Shown piece after piece: positions 19,106 through 32,350 of a stretch of 64,000 nucleotides of DNA. Below the pieces are notes generated by a model. The model ran no database searches. It had not been told where the DNA came from and worked only from the letters and a program-made list of their open reading frames with translations. This DNA is from Betaproteobacteria bacterium (GTDB lineage Bacteria; Pseudomonadota; Gammaproteobacteria; Burkholderiales; SG8-39), in NCBI GenBank assembly GCA_947476535.1, contig CANJRC010000002.1:2232-66231 (forward strand). Direction: 5' to 3'. Made by a program: the position numbers and the translations under genes. How positions within the stretch are numbered: the first letter of the stretch is position 1; each line of letters opens with the position of its first letter.

Positions 19106-20983
19106 TCAGCCAGCAGCGACCGCACCCACCGTAGACCCGCGCGAGGCGCGCTTGCGCTCGTGTTCCAGGAGGTGGCGCTTGCGAATCCGGATATTCTTGG
19201 GCGTAATCTCGACAAGTTCGTCATCGGCGATGAATTCCACCGCTTTCTCGAGCGTCAACTCGATCGGCGGCACCAGCCTGACGGCCTCGTCAGTACCTGA
19301 CGACCGGACGTTGGTCAGCTGTTTGCCCTTGATGGGGTTGACCACGAGATCGTTGTCCCTGGCGTGGATGCCGATCACCATGCCTTCATAAAGGACTTCG
19401 CCGGGGGACACGAACATCCGGCCCCGGTCCTGCAATTTCCAGAGCGCATAGGCAACCGCGGGGCCATTATCCTGACTGATAAGGACGCCGTTGCGTCGCT
19501 CATCCATGTCCCCCTTGATCGGGCCATAGTCGTCAAAGATGTGACTCGCGAGACCAGTCCCACGAGTCAGCGTCAGGAACTCGGCCTGGAATCCGATCAA
19601 CCCCCTGGCCGGGATCCGGTATTCGAGGCGCACTCGGCCCTTGGCATCGGACTGCATGTCCTTCAGGTCGCCCTTTCGGCGACCCAGTTCTTCCATCACG
19701 CCGCCCTGATGCGCGTCTTCGACATCGACCGTGAGCAACTCATAGGGCTCGAGCTTCTCCCCGTTGACTTCCTTCATCACCACGCGCGGACGCCCGACGG
19801 CCAATTCGTATCCTTCGCGGCGCATATTTTCGAGCAGGATGGTCAGGTGCAGTTCACCGCGCCCAGACACGATGAACGTGTCCGAATCCGCGGTGAATTC
19901 GACGCGCAGGGCCACGTTGCTCTTCAGCTCCCGCTCCAGGCGCTCGCGCAGCTGCCGGCTGGTGACGAACTTTCCTTCCCGACCAGCCAGCGGGGAGCTG
20001 TTCACCATGAAGTTCATGGTCAGGGTGGGTTCGTCCACCTTGAGCAAGGGCAGCGCATCCGGATGTTCGGGATCGCAGACCGTGCTGCCGATGCTGATGT
20101 CCTCGATCCCGTTGATCAGCACAATGTCGCCAGCACAAGCTTCTTCCGACACCACGCGCTCAAGGCCATCGAACGTAAGCACCTGGTTGATCCGGCCCTT
20201 GACCGGCTGAGACTCCGCCCCGTTCAGGAACACGACATCCTGCAACGGCCGAATGGTGCCCCGGGTGATGCGGCCGATACCAATCTTGCCCACATAACTC
20301 GAGTAATCGAGCGAGCAGATCTGCAACTGCAGCGGCCCTGAAACGTCGTCTTCGCGCACCGGCACGTGCTTGAGAACCGCCTCGAACAGGGGGCGCATGC
20401 TGTGCCCGCCCTGCTTGACCGCATCAGCGTCCGCCGGCACGTCCTTCAAGTCCGCCACCGCCCAACCGTTGAGCGCAGAGGCGTAAATGACAGGAAAATC
20501 CAGTTGCGCCTCGGTAGCTCCCAGCTTGTCGAAGAGGTCGAAGGTGTGATTCACCACCCAATCGGGACGGGCGCTGGGCCGGTCCACCTTGTTGACGATG
20601 ACAATGGGCTTGAGCCCCAAGGCCAGCGCCTTGCGCGTGACAAACCTGGTTTGCGGCATCGGGCCTTCGACCGCATCCACCAGCAAGAGGACACTGTCAA
20701 CCATTGATAGCACGCGCTCGACTTCACCGCCGAAATCCGCGTGGCCCGGCGTATCGACGATATTGATATGCGTGCCTTCGTAATTGACAGCACAGTTCTT
20801 GGCCAGGATGGTGATGCCACGCTCCCGCTCAAGGTCATTGGAGTCCATCACCCGTTCGCTGATCGCCTGGTGGGCGGCAAAGGTGCCGGACTGCTGGAGC
20901 AACTTGTCGACCAAGGTCGTCTTGCCATGGTCAACGTGAGCGATGATGGCGATATTGCGGATGCGGCGATCGGAGCGGGTCAC
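19106..20983 (-). CDS. typA: Translational GTPase TypA/BipA
   Basis: [19 protein letters not shown]...[12 protein letters not shown]...NKVDR. The start was trimmed to the GTG at 20983 ([14 protein letters not shown]), preceded by AGGGA. The track ORF starts at 21076. Confidence 0.88.
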   Translation of the reverse strand: MTRSDRRIRNIAIIAHVDHGKTTLVDKLLQQSGTFAAHQAISERVMDSNDLERERGITILAKNCAVNYEGTHINIVDTPGHADFGGEVERVLSMVDSVLLLVDAVEGPMPQTRFVTRKALALGLKPIVIVNKVDRPSARPDWVVNHTFDLFDKLGATEAQLDFPVIYASALNGWAVADLKDVPADADAVKQGGHSMRPLFEAVLKHVPVREDDVSGPLQLQICSLDYSSYVGKIGIGRITRGTIRPLQDVVFLNGAESQPVKGRINQVLTFDGLERVVSEEACAGDIVLINGIEDISIGSTVCDPEHPDALPLLKVDEPTLTMNFMVNSSPLAGREGKFVTSRQLRERLERELKSNVALRVEFTADSDTFIVSGRGELHLTILLENMRREGYELAVGRPRVVMKEVNGEKLEPYELLTVDVEDAHQGGVMEELGRRKGDLKDMQSDAKGRVRLEYRIPARGLIGFQAEFLTLTRGTGLASHIFDDYGPIKGDMDERRNGVLISQDNGPAVAYALWKLQDRGRMFVSPGEVLYEGMVIGIHARDNDLVVNPIKGKQLTNVRSSGTDEAVRLVPPIELTLEKAVEFIADDELVEITPKNIRIRKRHLLEHERKRASRGSTVGAVAAG

Positions 20984-21090
20984 AGGGTCCCTAGCAGCTC
21001 GTTGAGAGCTTGAAGAATAGCCGGCTATTTTAACAGGATTAAGACGGAAATCCCCCATCTTTGTGACGAAAAACACTTAATATTCAATGC

Positions 21091-21846
21091 ATGGACAAGC
21101 CCAGTCGTCGATCCGCGCCGCGATTCTACGTTCCCGAACGGTTGTTTCCCGGGGCACTGATTGACCTCCCCGAGCGCCCAAGCAAGCACATCGCCGTGCT
21201 TCGCCTTCGCGAAGGCGAAGCAATCACGCTCTTTAACGGGGAAGGAAGTGAACACATCGCTGAACTTACCCGCCTCACCCGGGGTCAATGTGCTGCCAGG
21301 ATTACAGGCACGATTGAGGCCGACCGCGAGTCAACACTGGAAGTCACGCTGGCACAGTGCCTGTCTGGCAGCGACAGGATGGATTTTGCGATCCAGAAGG
21401 CCACCGAACTTGGCGTGCGCTCTATCCAGCCACTGGAGAGCGAACGTTCCGTAGTTCGCCTAGCGGGCGAGCGGGCTGAAAAGCGGATGGTGCATTGGCG
21501 GAACATCGTGATTGCAGCCTGCGAACAGTGCGGTCGAAACGTTGCGCCCGAAATCGGAGCGCTCGAACAACTCCAATCCTGGCTGATGGCGCGCCCGCCA
21601 AAGGTGGAGTCTGAATTGCGGTTGCTGCTGGCGCCAGGGGCACCCTCCGGCCTCACTGGTTTGTCGAGGGCCGCCCACATCACGCTCCTGATCGGGCCCG
21701 AGGGGGGCCTCGCCCCGCATGAGCAGGCCGCTGCCCTAAAGGCCGGATTCACGTCCATTCGACTGGGGCCGCGAACGCTGCGAACCGAAACCGCCCCGCT
21801 CGCTGCAATCGCTGCCTTGCAGACGCTTTGGGGCGACCTGGGATGA
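21091..21846 (+). CDS. rsmE: 16S rRNA (uracil1498-N3)-methyltransferase
   Basis: PRFYVP...HIAVLRLREGE...LLIGPEGGLAPHE...LGPRTLRTETA motifs of RsmE. Confidence 0.85.
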   Translation: MDKPSRRSAPRFYVPERLFPGALIDLPERPSKHIAVLRLREGEAITLFNGEGSEHIAELTRLTRGQCAARITGTIEADRESTLEVTLAQCLSGSDRMDFAIQKATELGVRSIQPLESERSVVRLAGERAEKRMVHWRNIVIAACEQCGRNVAPEIGALEQLQSWLMARPPKVESELRLLLAPGAPSGLTGLSRAAHITLLIGPEGGLAPHEQAAALKAGFTSIRLGPRTLRTETAPLAAIAALQTLWGDLG

Positions 21847-21925
21847 GACGCGATCTGCAACGGCTTGCTGTAATTCCACCGCCCGACTCTATAGAATCGG
21901 GGCCGCTCACCTCATTACTCGACAC

Positions 21926-23248
21926 ATGACCACCAATCCAGACAGCGATTCGAATTTCGTCAGTTGGTTTCGCTCCGTTGCGCCGTATTTCCACGCGTTC
22001 CGGGGCAAGACCTTCGTCATCGCCTTGGGCGGCGAGGTCGTCGCGGACGGCAAGTTTGCGTTGCTCGCACATGACATCAACCTGCTTCAGGCTGCGGGCA
22101 TGCGCATTATTCTCGTGCATGGCTCCCGCCCGCAAATCGAGGCGCAGTTGCGCCAGCGGCGCGCGAAAGCCCGCTACAAGGACGGGCTGCGCATCACCAA
22201 TGCTGTGGCCCTTGAATGCGTGAAGGAAGCGGTCGGGTTGCTCCGCGTCGAAATCGACGCGCTGCTCTCGCAGGGGCTGCCCAACTCCCCGATGGCCGGG
22301 GCGGCAATCAACACAGTATCCGGTAATTTCATCACCGCGCAGCCCCATGGCATCCGCGACGGCGTGGATTTCCAGTACACCGGCCTCGTTCGCAAGGTGG
22401 ATGTCGCCGCGATCAACGGCTGCCTCGATGCGAGCAATATCGTCATCATCTCCAATGTCGGGTACTCGCCCACGGGAGAAGTCTTCAATTTATCCATGGA
22501 GGACGTGGCAGTTGCCACGGCCAAAGCCATGGGAGCGGCCAAGCTGGTCTTCCTCACCGATGAACCCGTATGCGATGCCAAGGGGCAATTGATCACGGAG
22601 CTGTCGGCCGACGAGGCTGAAACCCTGTCTGCCGGCGACAATGCATTGACCGATGACACGCGCCTGTACCTTGCACATGCCATCGAAGCGGTGCGAGGCG
22701 GGGTCCCGCGCGCGCACCTGGTGTCGCATCATGTTGACGGCGCGATTCTGATCGAGCTATTCACCCATGACGGCTCGGGCAGCATGGTGACGGCGAAGGG
22801 ACTCGAGCGACTCCGGCCCGCGACGATCGACGATGTCGGCGGGATTCTCCAGCTGATCGAACCGCTCGAGGCGGACGGCACACTGGTCTATCGGAGCCGA
22901 GAGATCCTGGAGCGTGAAGTATCGCGTTTCTTCGTGGTTGAACACGACAGGATGATCGTGGGGTGCGCGGCACTCTATCCATTTCCCAAAGGCCGCACGG
23001 CCGAACTTGCCGCAGTCGCCATTCGGCCCGAGTACCGCCGCATGGGTTATGGGGAAAAGCTACTGGACGCCATCACGGCCCAGGCAAAACGACAAGGGCT
23101 TCGCAAGCTGATCGTCCTCACGACACTGGCCGCGCACTGGTTCATCGAACGCGGCTTCGCCCTCGGGAACGTGTCATCACTACCGGAGCCCAAACGCTCA
23201 CTGTACAACTGGCAACGGCGGTCCAAGGTACTAGTGAAGTCGCTCTAG
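21926..23248 (+). CDS. argA: Amino-acid N-acetyltransferase (N-acetylglutamate synthase)
   Basis: [27 protein letters not shown] (AAK domain) plus a C-terminal GNAT domain ([10 protein letters not shown]). Confidence 0.9.
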   Translation: MTTNPDSDSNFVSWFRSVAPYFHAFRGKTFVIALGGEVVADGKFALLAHDINLLQAAGMRIILVHGSRPQIEAQLRQRRAKARYKDGLRITNAVALECVKEAVGLLRVEIDALLSQGLPNSPMAGAAINTVSGNFITAQPHGIRDGVDFQYTGLVRKVDVAAINGCLDASNIVIISNVGYSPTGEVFNLSMEDVAVATAKAMGAAKLVFLTDEPVCDAKGQLITELSADEAETLSAGDNALTDDTRLYLAHAIEAVRGGVPRAHLVSHHVDGAILIELFTHDGSGSMVTAKGLERLRPATIDDVGGILQLIEPLEADGTLVYRSREILEREVSRFFVVEHDRMIVGCAALYPFPKGRTAELAAVAIRPEYRRMGYGEKLLDAITAQAKRQGLRKLIVLTTLAAHWFIERGFALGNVSSLPEPKRSLYNWQRRSKVLVKSL

Positions 23249-23300
23249 CCGAGGCGAGAAACCGAATTCCACTGATTACGAAATTCGCAAGGAGCAGCAC

Positions 23301-23573
23301 ATGGCACGAATGGTCAAATGCATCAAGCTGGGTCGCGAAGCCGAAGGCATGGACTTCCCCCCTTATCCCGGCGACCTCGGGAAGCGCATCTTCGAGAATG
23401 TTTCCAAGGAAGCCTGGCAGCAATGGATCAAGCACCAGACCATGCTGATCAACGAGAATCGCCTCAGCCTGGCTGACGCTCGCGCAAGGAAATATCTGGC
23501 CGAACAAATGGACAAGTATTTCTTCGAGGGTGGGGCGGACACCGCTGCGGGTTACGTGCCGCCGACCCAATAG
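23301..23573 (+). CDS. yggX: Oxidative-damage protection / Fe(2+)-trafficking protein YggX
   Basis: [52 protein letters not shown] is near-canonical YggX. Confidence 0.9.
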   Translation: MARMVKCIKLGREAEGMDFPPYPGDLGKRIFENVSKEAWQQWIKHQTMLINENRLSLADARARKYLAEQMDKYFFEGGADTAAGYVPPTQ

Positions 23574-23578
23574 CCGAA

Positions 23579-23622
23579 GAGTCCGTTTCAAAAATGAGGG
23601 AACACTCCCCTCAAGCGCCCCT
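23579..23622 (+). repeat. Intergenic palindromic repeat, copy B (left arm plus core only)
   Basis: GAGTCCGTTTCAAAAATGAGGGAACACTCCCCTCAAGCGCCCCT aligns base-for-base with copy A (GAGTCTGTTGCAATATGAGAGGATACTCCCCTCATGCTCCCCT). It starts 6 nt after the yggX stop. Confidence 0.6.
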
Positions 23623-23647
23623 AAGGTAAAGGCTGGCAGACCAAGCG

Positions 23648-24352
23648 CTACCCGGCCAGCGGATCCTTGGCGGGCGGCGCATCGGCCCGGATATGGCGGA
23701 CGTCGCGCCCCTCGACCATGTAGACGACGTATTCGGCCATATTCTTCGAGTGGTCGCCAATGCGCTCGAGCGCCTTGGCCACGAACAGGATCTCGAGGCT
23801 GCGCGTGATGGTGCGCGGGTCTTCCATCATGAACGTGATGAGCTGACGCAGGATGGACCGGAATTCGTCGTCGACAAGCCTGTCCTGCTGCACGACCTGC
23901 GCCGCGGCCTTGGAGTCGAGCCTGGCGAACGTGTCGAGCGCCTTGCGCAACATTCCCAAGGCCAGGTTGGCGACATGCTTCAATTCCAGGCGAGGCATGT
24001 CGACCGTGCCCGCAGTGTGAACGAGCTTGGCCATGCGCGCGATTTTCTCCGCCTCATCACCGATGCGCTCCAGATCGGTGATGGTCTTGATCACCGCGAT
24101 GAGCAAACGCAAGTCGCTCGCGGCCGGCTGTCGCTTGGCGATCACTCTGCTGCAAGTCTCGTCGAGCTCCACTTCCAGCGCGTTGACCCGATGATCATCG
24201 GCAATTACCTGCTCGATGAGCGCCAGATCGCCGGTCGCCAGCCCCTCGATCGCCTTGACGATCTGGTCCTCGACCAGTCCACCCATCTGCAGCACGCGCG
24301 TGCGCACGTCCTCGAGGTCGGCATCGAATTGCTTGGAAATGTGAACGGCCAT
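23648..24352 (-). CDS. phoU: Phosphate signalling complex protein PhoU
   Basis: Two PhoU repeats (DLERIGDEAEKIA / ALERIGDHSKNMAE); 234 aa. It is not adjacent to pst genes in this window. Confidence 0.9.
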   Translation of the reverse strand: MAVHISKQFDADLEDVRTRVLQMGGLVEDQIVKAIEGLATGDLALIEQVIADDHRVNALEVELDETCSRVIAKRQPAASDLRLLIAVIKTITDLERIGDEAEKIARMAKLVHTAGTVDMPRLELKHVANLALGMLRKALDTFARLDSKAAAQVVQQDRLVDDEFRSILRQLITFMMEDPRTITRSLEILFVAKALERIGDHSKNMAEYVVYMVEGRDVRHIRADAPPAKDPLAG

Positions 24353-24430
24353 GGCGGCGCACCCTTTTAGAACGACGTCCTAGGATAGCACCACGACCCT
24401 GGGATTTACCGGCGCGATCGCGCCCCAAAG

Positions 24431-25102
24431 TCAGCCTAGCGACGTTCTCGTCAGCGTCCGCACACCGCTGGTCGTGCCCAACAACAGCACGTCGGCGCCG
24501 CGTTTGGCAAAAAGGCCTACCGATACCACGCCGGTAATACTGTTGATAGCCCCCTCCAGCTCCACCGGTTCGAGGATGGTGAGGCCGGCCACATCGATGA
24601 TCAGATTGCCGTTGTCTGTGGTGAAACCCTCGCGCAGGATCGGGGTTCCGCCAAGCCGGACCATCTGCCTGCCGACATGGGAGCGCGCCATCGGAATGAC
24701 CTCCACCGGCAACGGAAAGTTGCCCAGCACAGGCACCAGCTTCGATTCATCCGCGATGCAGATGAATTTGCGCGCCACGGCAGCGACGATTTTTTCGCGC
24801 GTCAGCGCCCCGCCACCGCCCTTGATCATGGCCAGATGCTCGGTGATCTCGTCCGCGCCATCGACGTACACCGGCAATTCATCCACGCTGTTCAGATCGA
24901 CAACGCGAATCCCGTAAGACTTCAATCGTGCCGCCGTCTTCTCCGAACTGGCCACCGCGCCATCGATGCGGCTCTTCATCTTGGCCAGTTCATCAATGAA
25001 GAAATCCGCAGTCGACCCGGTACCCACGCCGACGAGCGCATCCTCGACCACATACTTGATGGCAGCCCGCGCTACCGCCTGTTTCAGTTCATTCTGGTTC
25101 AT
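24431..25102 (-). CDS. rpiA: Ribose-5-phosphate isomerase A
   Basis: VGVGTGSTA...VDGADE...[12 protein letters not shown] motifs. Confidence 0.9.
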   Translation of the reverse strand: MNQNELKQAVARAAIKYVVEDALVGVGTGSTADFFIDELAKMKSRIDGAVASSEKTAARLKSYGIRVVDLNSVDELPVYVDGADEITEHLAMIKGGGGALTREKIVAAVARKFICIADESKLVPVLGNFPLPVEVIPMARSHVGRQMVRLGGTPILREGFTTDNGNLIIDVAGLTILEPVELEGAINSITGVVSVGLFAKRGADVLLLGTTSGVRTLTRTSLG

Positions 25103-25108
25103 GTCAAC

Positions 25109-25153
25109 TCGATGGGATATTGGGGGTGGATTGCAGCATGCGCTGAAATGGCC
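25109..25153 (+). repeat. Degenerate or internally deleted copy (F) of the intergenic repeat
   Basis: TCGATGGGATATTGGGGG...CTGAAATGGCC resembles TCGAGGGGATACTCCCC...GGGGG...CTGAAATGGCC of copy D (reverse complement). Confidence 0.3.
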
Positions 25154-25238
25154 CCGTTGTGGGCAAACGAATCACAGCGCGCATGGCGACACGAAAGACG
25201 ACAATCCACATCATCGCGCTGCATCTTGGCACCCAACA

Positions 25239-26996
25239 CTATTTCTTTTGCGCGACAAAAAGATCGGTGATAGTCCCAAGCCCCGCTTCAGCCGCCAAAC
25301 CGGCGGTCTCGGACAGCGTCGGGTGCGGATGAATGGTCAGCGCAATGTCGTTCAAGTCCGCGCCCATCTCCAGGGCCAGCACCAGTTCGGCGATGAGCTC
25401 GCCGGCATTCGGGCCGACGATGCCTGCACCCAAGAGGCGTTTGGACTGGGGGTCGAACAGCAGTTTGGTACTCCCCTCGGTGCGATCGACCGCGCGCGCG
25501 CGCCCCGACGCGGCCCATGGAAACACCGCTTTCTCGAAGGCAATGCCTGCCGCCTTTGCAGCCGTTTCCGTGAGGCCCATCCATGCGACTTCCGGATCGG
25601 TATAAGCCACCGAGGGTATCGTCAGCGAATCGAAGAAGGCCTTGTGCCCAGCCAGCGCTTCTGCCGCCACTTTCGCCTCATGGCTGGCCTTGTGGGCCAA
25701 CATCGGCTCGCCAACGATGTCACCGACGGCAAATATGTGGGCGACGTTGGTGCGTTGCTGTCGATCGACCGGAATATATCCCCGCTCATCAACCGCGACA
25801 CCTGCCGCCTCGGCCCCGATCTCGCGGCCGTTGGGGCGGCGCCCCGTGGCCACCAGCACGCGATCATAGCGCTGCGGTGCGGGGGCCCCTTCGCCATCGA
25901 AACTGGCCAGCAGGCCCTCGGCCGTTGCCTCCAGCTTAGCCACCCGCGTTTTCAGCAGAATCGCCTCGTAGCGCTTTTGCAGGCGGCGCTCAAGTGGCCT
26001 GATCAGGTCCCGATCGGCGCCCGGCATCAACCCATCCTGCATTTCGACCACGGACACCTTGGAGCCCAGCGCATCATAGACGCACGCCATCTCGAGCCCG
26101 ATGATGCCGCCGCCGATGACCAGCAATCGCCGCGGCACGTCGGCCAGCGCCAATGCGCCTGTGGAATCCATCAATCGCGGATCATCATAGGGAAGGCCTG
26201 GAATGCGGGCGACCGACGAGCCGGCCGCCACAATGCAGGTGTCGAACGCAATGCGAACGGATTTACCGCCTGCCTGCGACACCATCATGCCGTGGGGCGA
26301 GTCGAATTTACCGGTCCCTTGCACGACGGTTACCTTGCGCTGCTTCGCCAACCCGGCGATGCCCTTGGCGCCCTTTCCAGCCACATCAGACTTCCAGGCC
26401 CGGACCTTGTCCAGATCGACGGCAAGACTGCCGAACTGCACGCCGCTCGATGCCAACTCCTGTGTTTCGGTGATGACCCGCGCAATGTGCAGCAGCGCCT
26501 TGGACGGAATGCAACCGACATTCGTGCACACACCACCGAGGTCGGGATAGCGCTCGACCAACACAACCTGCTTGCCGAGGTCCGCGGCCCGGAATGCTGC
26601 GGTATAGCCGCCGGGGCCCGAGCCAAGCACGAGGACTTCCGCATGCATGTCCGCCTTGCCGGCAACCATTTCGGGCGACGCCGAGGTGGAAGTATCGCCC
26701 CCCAATGGCGGGGCCTGTGCGGGCGTTGCTTGCACCGGGGCCGAGGCCACGGGTGTGTCGTCACCCTTCATGAAAAGGATCAGAGAATTCATCGACACCT
26801 TGTCGCCGACCTTGACGCTGATCGCCTCCACCACGCCCTCACGCGGCGATGGGATCTCCATGCTCGCCTTGTCCGATTCAACCGTGATCAGCGATTGCTC
26901 GGCGCGGACCTTGGCGCCTGGTTTGACCAGCACCTCCGTGACTTCGACCTCCTTGAAGTCGCCGATATCCGGCACCTTGATTTGAAAGCTCGCCAT
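25239..26996 (-). CDS. lpdA: Dihydrolipoyl dehydrogenase (E3) with N-terminal lipoyl domain
   Basis: N-terminal lipoyl domain (ITVESDKASMEIPSP), then GSGPGGYTAAFRAA and the redox-active GGVCTNVGCIPSK. Confidence 0.9.
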   Translation of the reverse strand: MASFQIKVPDIGDFKEVEVTEVLVKPGAKVRAEQSLITVESDKASMEIPSPREGVVEAISVKVGDKVSMNSLILFMKGDDTPVASAPVQATPAQAPPLGGDTSTSASPEMVAGKADMHAEVLVLGSGPGGYTAAFRAADLGKQVVLVERYPDLGGVCTNVGCIPSKALLHIARVITETQELASSGVQFGSLAVDLDKVRAWKSDVAGKGAKGIAGLAKQRKVTVVQGTGKFDSPHGMMVSQAGGKSVRIAFDTCIVAAGSSVARIPGLPYDDPRLMDSTGALALADVPRRLLVIGGGIIGLEMACVYDALGSKVSVVEMQDGLMPGADRDLIRPLERRLQKRYEAILLKTRVAKLEATAEGLLASFDGEGAPAPQRYDRVLVATGRRPNGREIGAEAAGVAVDERGYIPVDRQQRTNVAHIFAVGDIVGEPMLAHKASHEAKVAAEALAGHKAFFDSLTIPSVAYTDPEVAWMGLTETAAKAAGIAFEKAVFPWAASGRARAVDRTEGSTKLLFDPQSKRLLGAGIVGPNAGELIAELVLALEMGADLNDIALTIHPHPTLSETAGLAAEAGLGTITDLFVAQKK

Positions 26997-26998
26997 TT

Positions 26999-28333
26999 TC
27001 AGAGGAGCGACCGGCGAATATCGCCGAGCACGTTCACAAGGCAGCTCGTAAATCGCGCGGCATCCGCTCCGTCGATCACGCGGTGGTCATAGGACAACGA
27101 CAGCGGCAACATCAGTCGCGGACGGAACTGGCCCTCCCCGCCCTTGCCATCGATCCAAACCGGGCGCGTCACGGATTTCGAAACACCAAGAATCGCGACC
27201 TCCGGTGCGTTGATGATGGGCGTAAATGCCAACCCGCCGATGCCTCCCAGACTGGAAATCGAAAAGGTGCCGCCCTGCATGTCCCCGGGCTTAAGCTTTT
27301 TTTCACGTGCCGCCTTGGACACTTCGCCCAACTCTCGCGCCAGGTCGAAGATGCCCTTTCGGTCGGCGTCACGGATCACAGGGACAACGAGGCCGTCCGG
27401 CGTGTCGACGGCCACACCGACATGAAAGTATTTCTTGACAACGAGATTTTCGCCTTTTGCATCCAGCGAGGCATTGAAGTTCGGGAATTGGCGCAAGGTC
27501 GTGACGCTGGCCTTGATCAGGAACGCAAGCAGCGTCAATTTGAATCCCTGCCGCTCCGAATCGGCCGCGCTGGCCTTGCGAAACGATTCGAGTTCCGTAA
27601 TGTCCGCTTCGTCGAATTGGGTGACATGGGGAATCGAAACCCAGTTGCGATGAAGATTGGCGCCTGCCAGCCTGCGCAGTCGCGACAGCGGTTTCGTTTC
27701 CACCGGTCCGAACTTGGAAAAATCGACATTCGGCCATGCCGGCAACTCAAAGGGCATGCCCGCAGTCTTCGCCGCTGGTACGGTTCCGGCTTGCAACGCG
27801 GTCTTGACGAACAGGCGCACGTCATCGCGCAGGATGCGGCCCTTTGGGCCGGTGCCCTGGAGCCTGGCCAGATCAACGCCGAGCTCCCTGGCGAAAAGGC
27901 GGACAGACGGGCTGGCATGAGGTTTGAACAAGGGGTCGACGGGCGGCACCTCGTACGGCACGGGGGCGGCCGCAGGAACGGGCAGCACAGTGGGCGCCGC
28001 AGGTTGTGGCATTTCCTCAGTCTTTTCTTCGCGTGTCGCTGCAGCAGCCTGAGCGGCAACAGGTGCCTGGTCCGCACCTGCGGCGGGAGCATCCGCCGCC
28101 TCCAGGAGCAGCAGCAGTGCCCCCTGCGAGACCCTGTCGCCAACCTTGATTCTGACTTCACGCACGACTCCGGCCAAAGGCGATGGAATTTCCATGCTCG
28201 CCTTTTCGGACTCCACGGTGATCAGCGACTGTTCGGCGCGAACGATGTCACCCGGCTTGACCAGGACCTCAGTCACATCGATGTCCTTGAAATCCCCGAT
28301 GTCGGGGATCAGCACTTCGGTCACGGCATTCAT
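26999..28333 (-). CDS. aceF: Dihydrolipoyllysine-residue acetyltransferase (PDH E2)
   Basis: One lipoyl domain (ITVESEKASMEIPSP), an Ala/Pro linker, a subunit-binding domain (ASPSVRLFARELGVDL), and catalytic DHRVIDGA. The start was trimmed to the ATG at 28333 (MNAVTEVLIPDIG). Confidence 0.9.
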   Translation of the reverse strand: MNAVTEVLIPDIGDFKDIDVTEVLVKPGDIVRAEQSLITVESEKASMEIPSPLAGVVREVRIKVGDRVSQGALLLLLEAADAPAAGADQAPVAAQAAAATREEKTEEMPQPAAPTVLPVPAAAPVPYEVPPVDPLFKPHASPSVRLFARELGVDLARLQGTGPKGRILRDDVRLFVKTALQAGTVPAAKTAGMPFELPAWPNVDFSKFGPVETKPLSRLRRLAGANLHRNWVSIPHVTQFDEADITELESFRKASAADSERQGFKLTLLAFLIKASVTTLRQFPNFNASLDAKGENLVVKKYFHVGVAVDTPDGLVVPVIRDADRKGIFDLARELGEVSKAAREKKLKPGDMQGGTFSISSLGGIGGLAFTPIINAPEVAILGVSKSVTRPVWIDGKGGEGQFRPRLMLPLSLSYDHRVIDGADAARFTSCLVNVLGDIRRSLL

Positions 28334-28367
28334 GCGCTCATTCGCAGGTAGTTGTCGGTGCAATGAT

Positions 28368-31100
<2,733 letters not shown>

Positions 31101-31323
31101 GGTGACCTCCAGCGTCTGCAAACACATTCTGAGCGGGCGACACAGGCCGTCGAGGACAAGGGCATGTTCACGGAACCGGCCGCGCTTCGCAGCATTGTAG
31201 CGGAGTCTCAACGGCGAATACGGCGTGAGTATCGAATGAAAGGGCCCCGCACTTTCGCGCCCCGCCAATCGAAGTCATACTCACGGCACAGGATCTGCCT
31301 CTACAATTCAACCGGAGAAAACC

Positions 31324-32160
31324 GTGAAAAACGCGTCTGCGCGCATGCTATCCAAAGTCGCCGTCGTCACAGGCGCGGGGTCGAGCGGACCCGGCGTCGG
31401 CACCGGAAAGGCAATATCCATATTGCTCGCACGCGAAGGCGCGAAGGTGCTGCTCGTCGATCGCAGCGAGTCGGCTGCCGATGAAACGCTGCAGATCATC
31501 CGCAGTGAGGGTGGCGACGCATCGGTATTCATTGGCGATGTCTCTTCCGGGGAGCAGTGCCTCGCCGCGGTAAAGACCGCCGAGACGCTCTATGGACGGC
31601 TCGACACGCTGGTGAACAATGTCGCCGTGACCAGTAGCGCCGAGGTCGTCGACGTGGAGGAAAGCGATCTTGACCGGCTCATCGACGTCAATCTCAAATC
31701 GGTCGTGCTGATGACGAAGCATGCGGCGCCACGAATCGCGGCCGCCGGCGGAGGGTCGATCACGAATATCGGGTCCATCTCGGCATTACGCGCCACCGGC
31801 AGGCAAACCGCCTATACCGCGTCCAAGGGCGGGGTCGTGGCGCTCACATCGCTGTGGGCGGTGGAACTGGGGCGCAGCCGCATCAGGGTCAATTGCATCT
31901 GCCCCGGAACACTGTACACACCCATCGCCGTGGGCCTGTTCGGCATGAGCGATCAGGTCCGCTGGGACCGTGCCAACCTGCCACCGCTCGGCACGGAGGG
32001 AACAGCCTGGGACATCGCCTGGGCGGCATTGTTTCTTGCCAGCGAGGAGGCGCGTTGGATTAGTGGCGTGACGCTCCCCGTCGACGGTGGATTCATCGCC
32101 GCCACACCGCAATGGGGTGCCGACGTGGAGCGCCTGCGGGACCGCGGCCCGCGCACCTAG
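31324..32160 (+). CDS. SDR family oxidoreductase
   Basis: VAVVTGAGSSGPGVGTG, NNVA, and YTASKGGV catalytic YxxxK. GTG start preceded by GGAGAA. Confidence 0.8.
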   Translation: MKNASARMLSKVAVVTGAGSSGPGVGTGKAISILLAREGAKVLLVDRSESAADETLQIIRSEGGDASVFIGDVSSGEQCLAAVKTAETLYGRLDTLVNNVAVTSSAEVVDVEESDLDRLIDVNLKSVVLMTKHAAPRIAAAGGGSITNIGSISALRATGRQTAYTASKGGVVALTSLWAVELGRSRIRVNCICPGTLYTPIAVGLFGMSDQVRWDRANLPPLGTEGTAWDIAWAALFLASEEARWISGVTLPVDGGFIAATPQWGADVERLRDRGPRT

Positions 32161-32162
32161 CA

Positions 32163-32235
32163 GGCCATTCCAGAATAACCGAGATGGCCCCTGATGCAGA
32201 AGAGCTTGAGGGGGCTCCCCTCGATGGTCAAATGA
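32163..32235 (-). repeat. Intergenic palindromic repeat, copy C (opposite orientation to A)
   Basis: The plus strand AGGCCATTCCAGAATAACCGAGATGGCCCC...GAGCTTGAGGGGGCTCCCCTCGATGG parallels copy D (AGGCCATTTCAGAATGACCAAAATGCCCCC...GAGCTCTAGGGGAGTATCCCCTCGATT). It starts directly after the SDR stop codon. Confidence 0.6.
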
Positions 32236-32350
32236 CCTCTGCGACGGGTCCTTGAGCCCATTCCTTTGCGCCCACTGGCGAAGGGTGCGATACTCCGATC
32301 GACCTTGATTTCATTGTATTTGAAAGCCATTTCCATCAGAGGAAACCCCG

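Noticed and set aside
24966-27092. Very long plus-strand ORFs (708 aa here; also 54573-56768 of 731 aa, 58230-60602 of 790 aa, 29793-31484 of 563 aa, 39788-41395 of 535 aa, 42682-44055 of 457 aa).
   Set aside because: They are Arg/Gly/Ala/His-rich and low in complexity. Each is exactly antisense to a gene with unmistakable family motifs (lpdA, hslU, the OMP, aceE, aceB, ntrB). This is the typical stop-codon-poor antisense frame of a high-GC genome.
31224-31285. 9-bp inverted repeat CGTGAGTAT...ATACTCACG with a ~44-nt spacer in the aceE/SDR divergent region.
   Set aside because: By rough estimate, about a dozen 9-bp inverted repeats with 60 nt or less spacing are expected by chance in 64 kb. 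No supporting feature is present.
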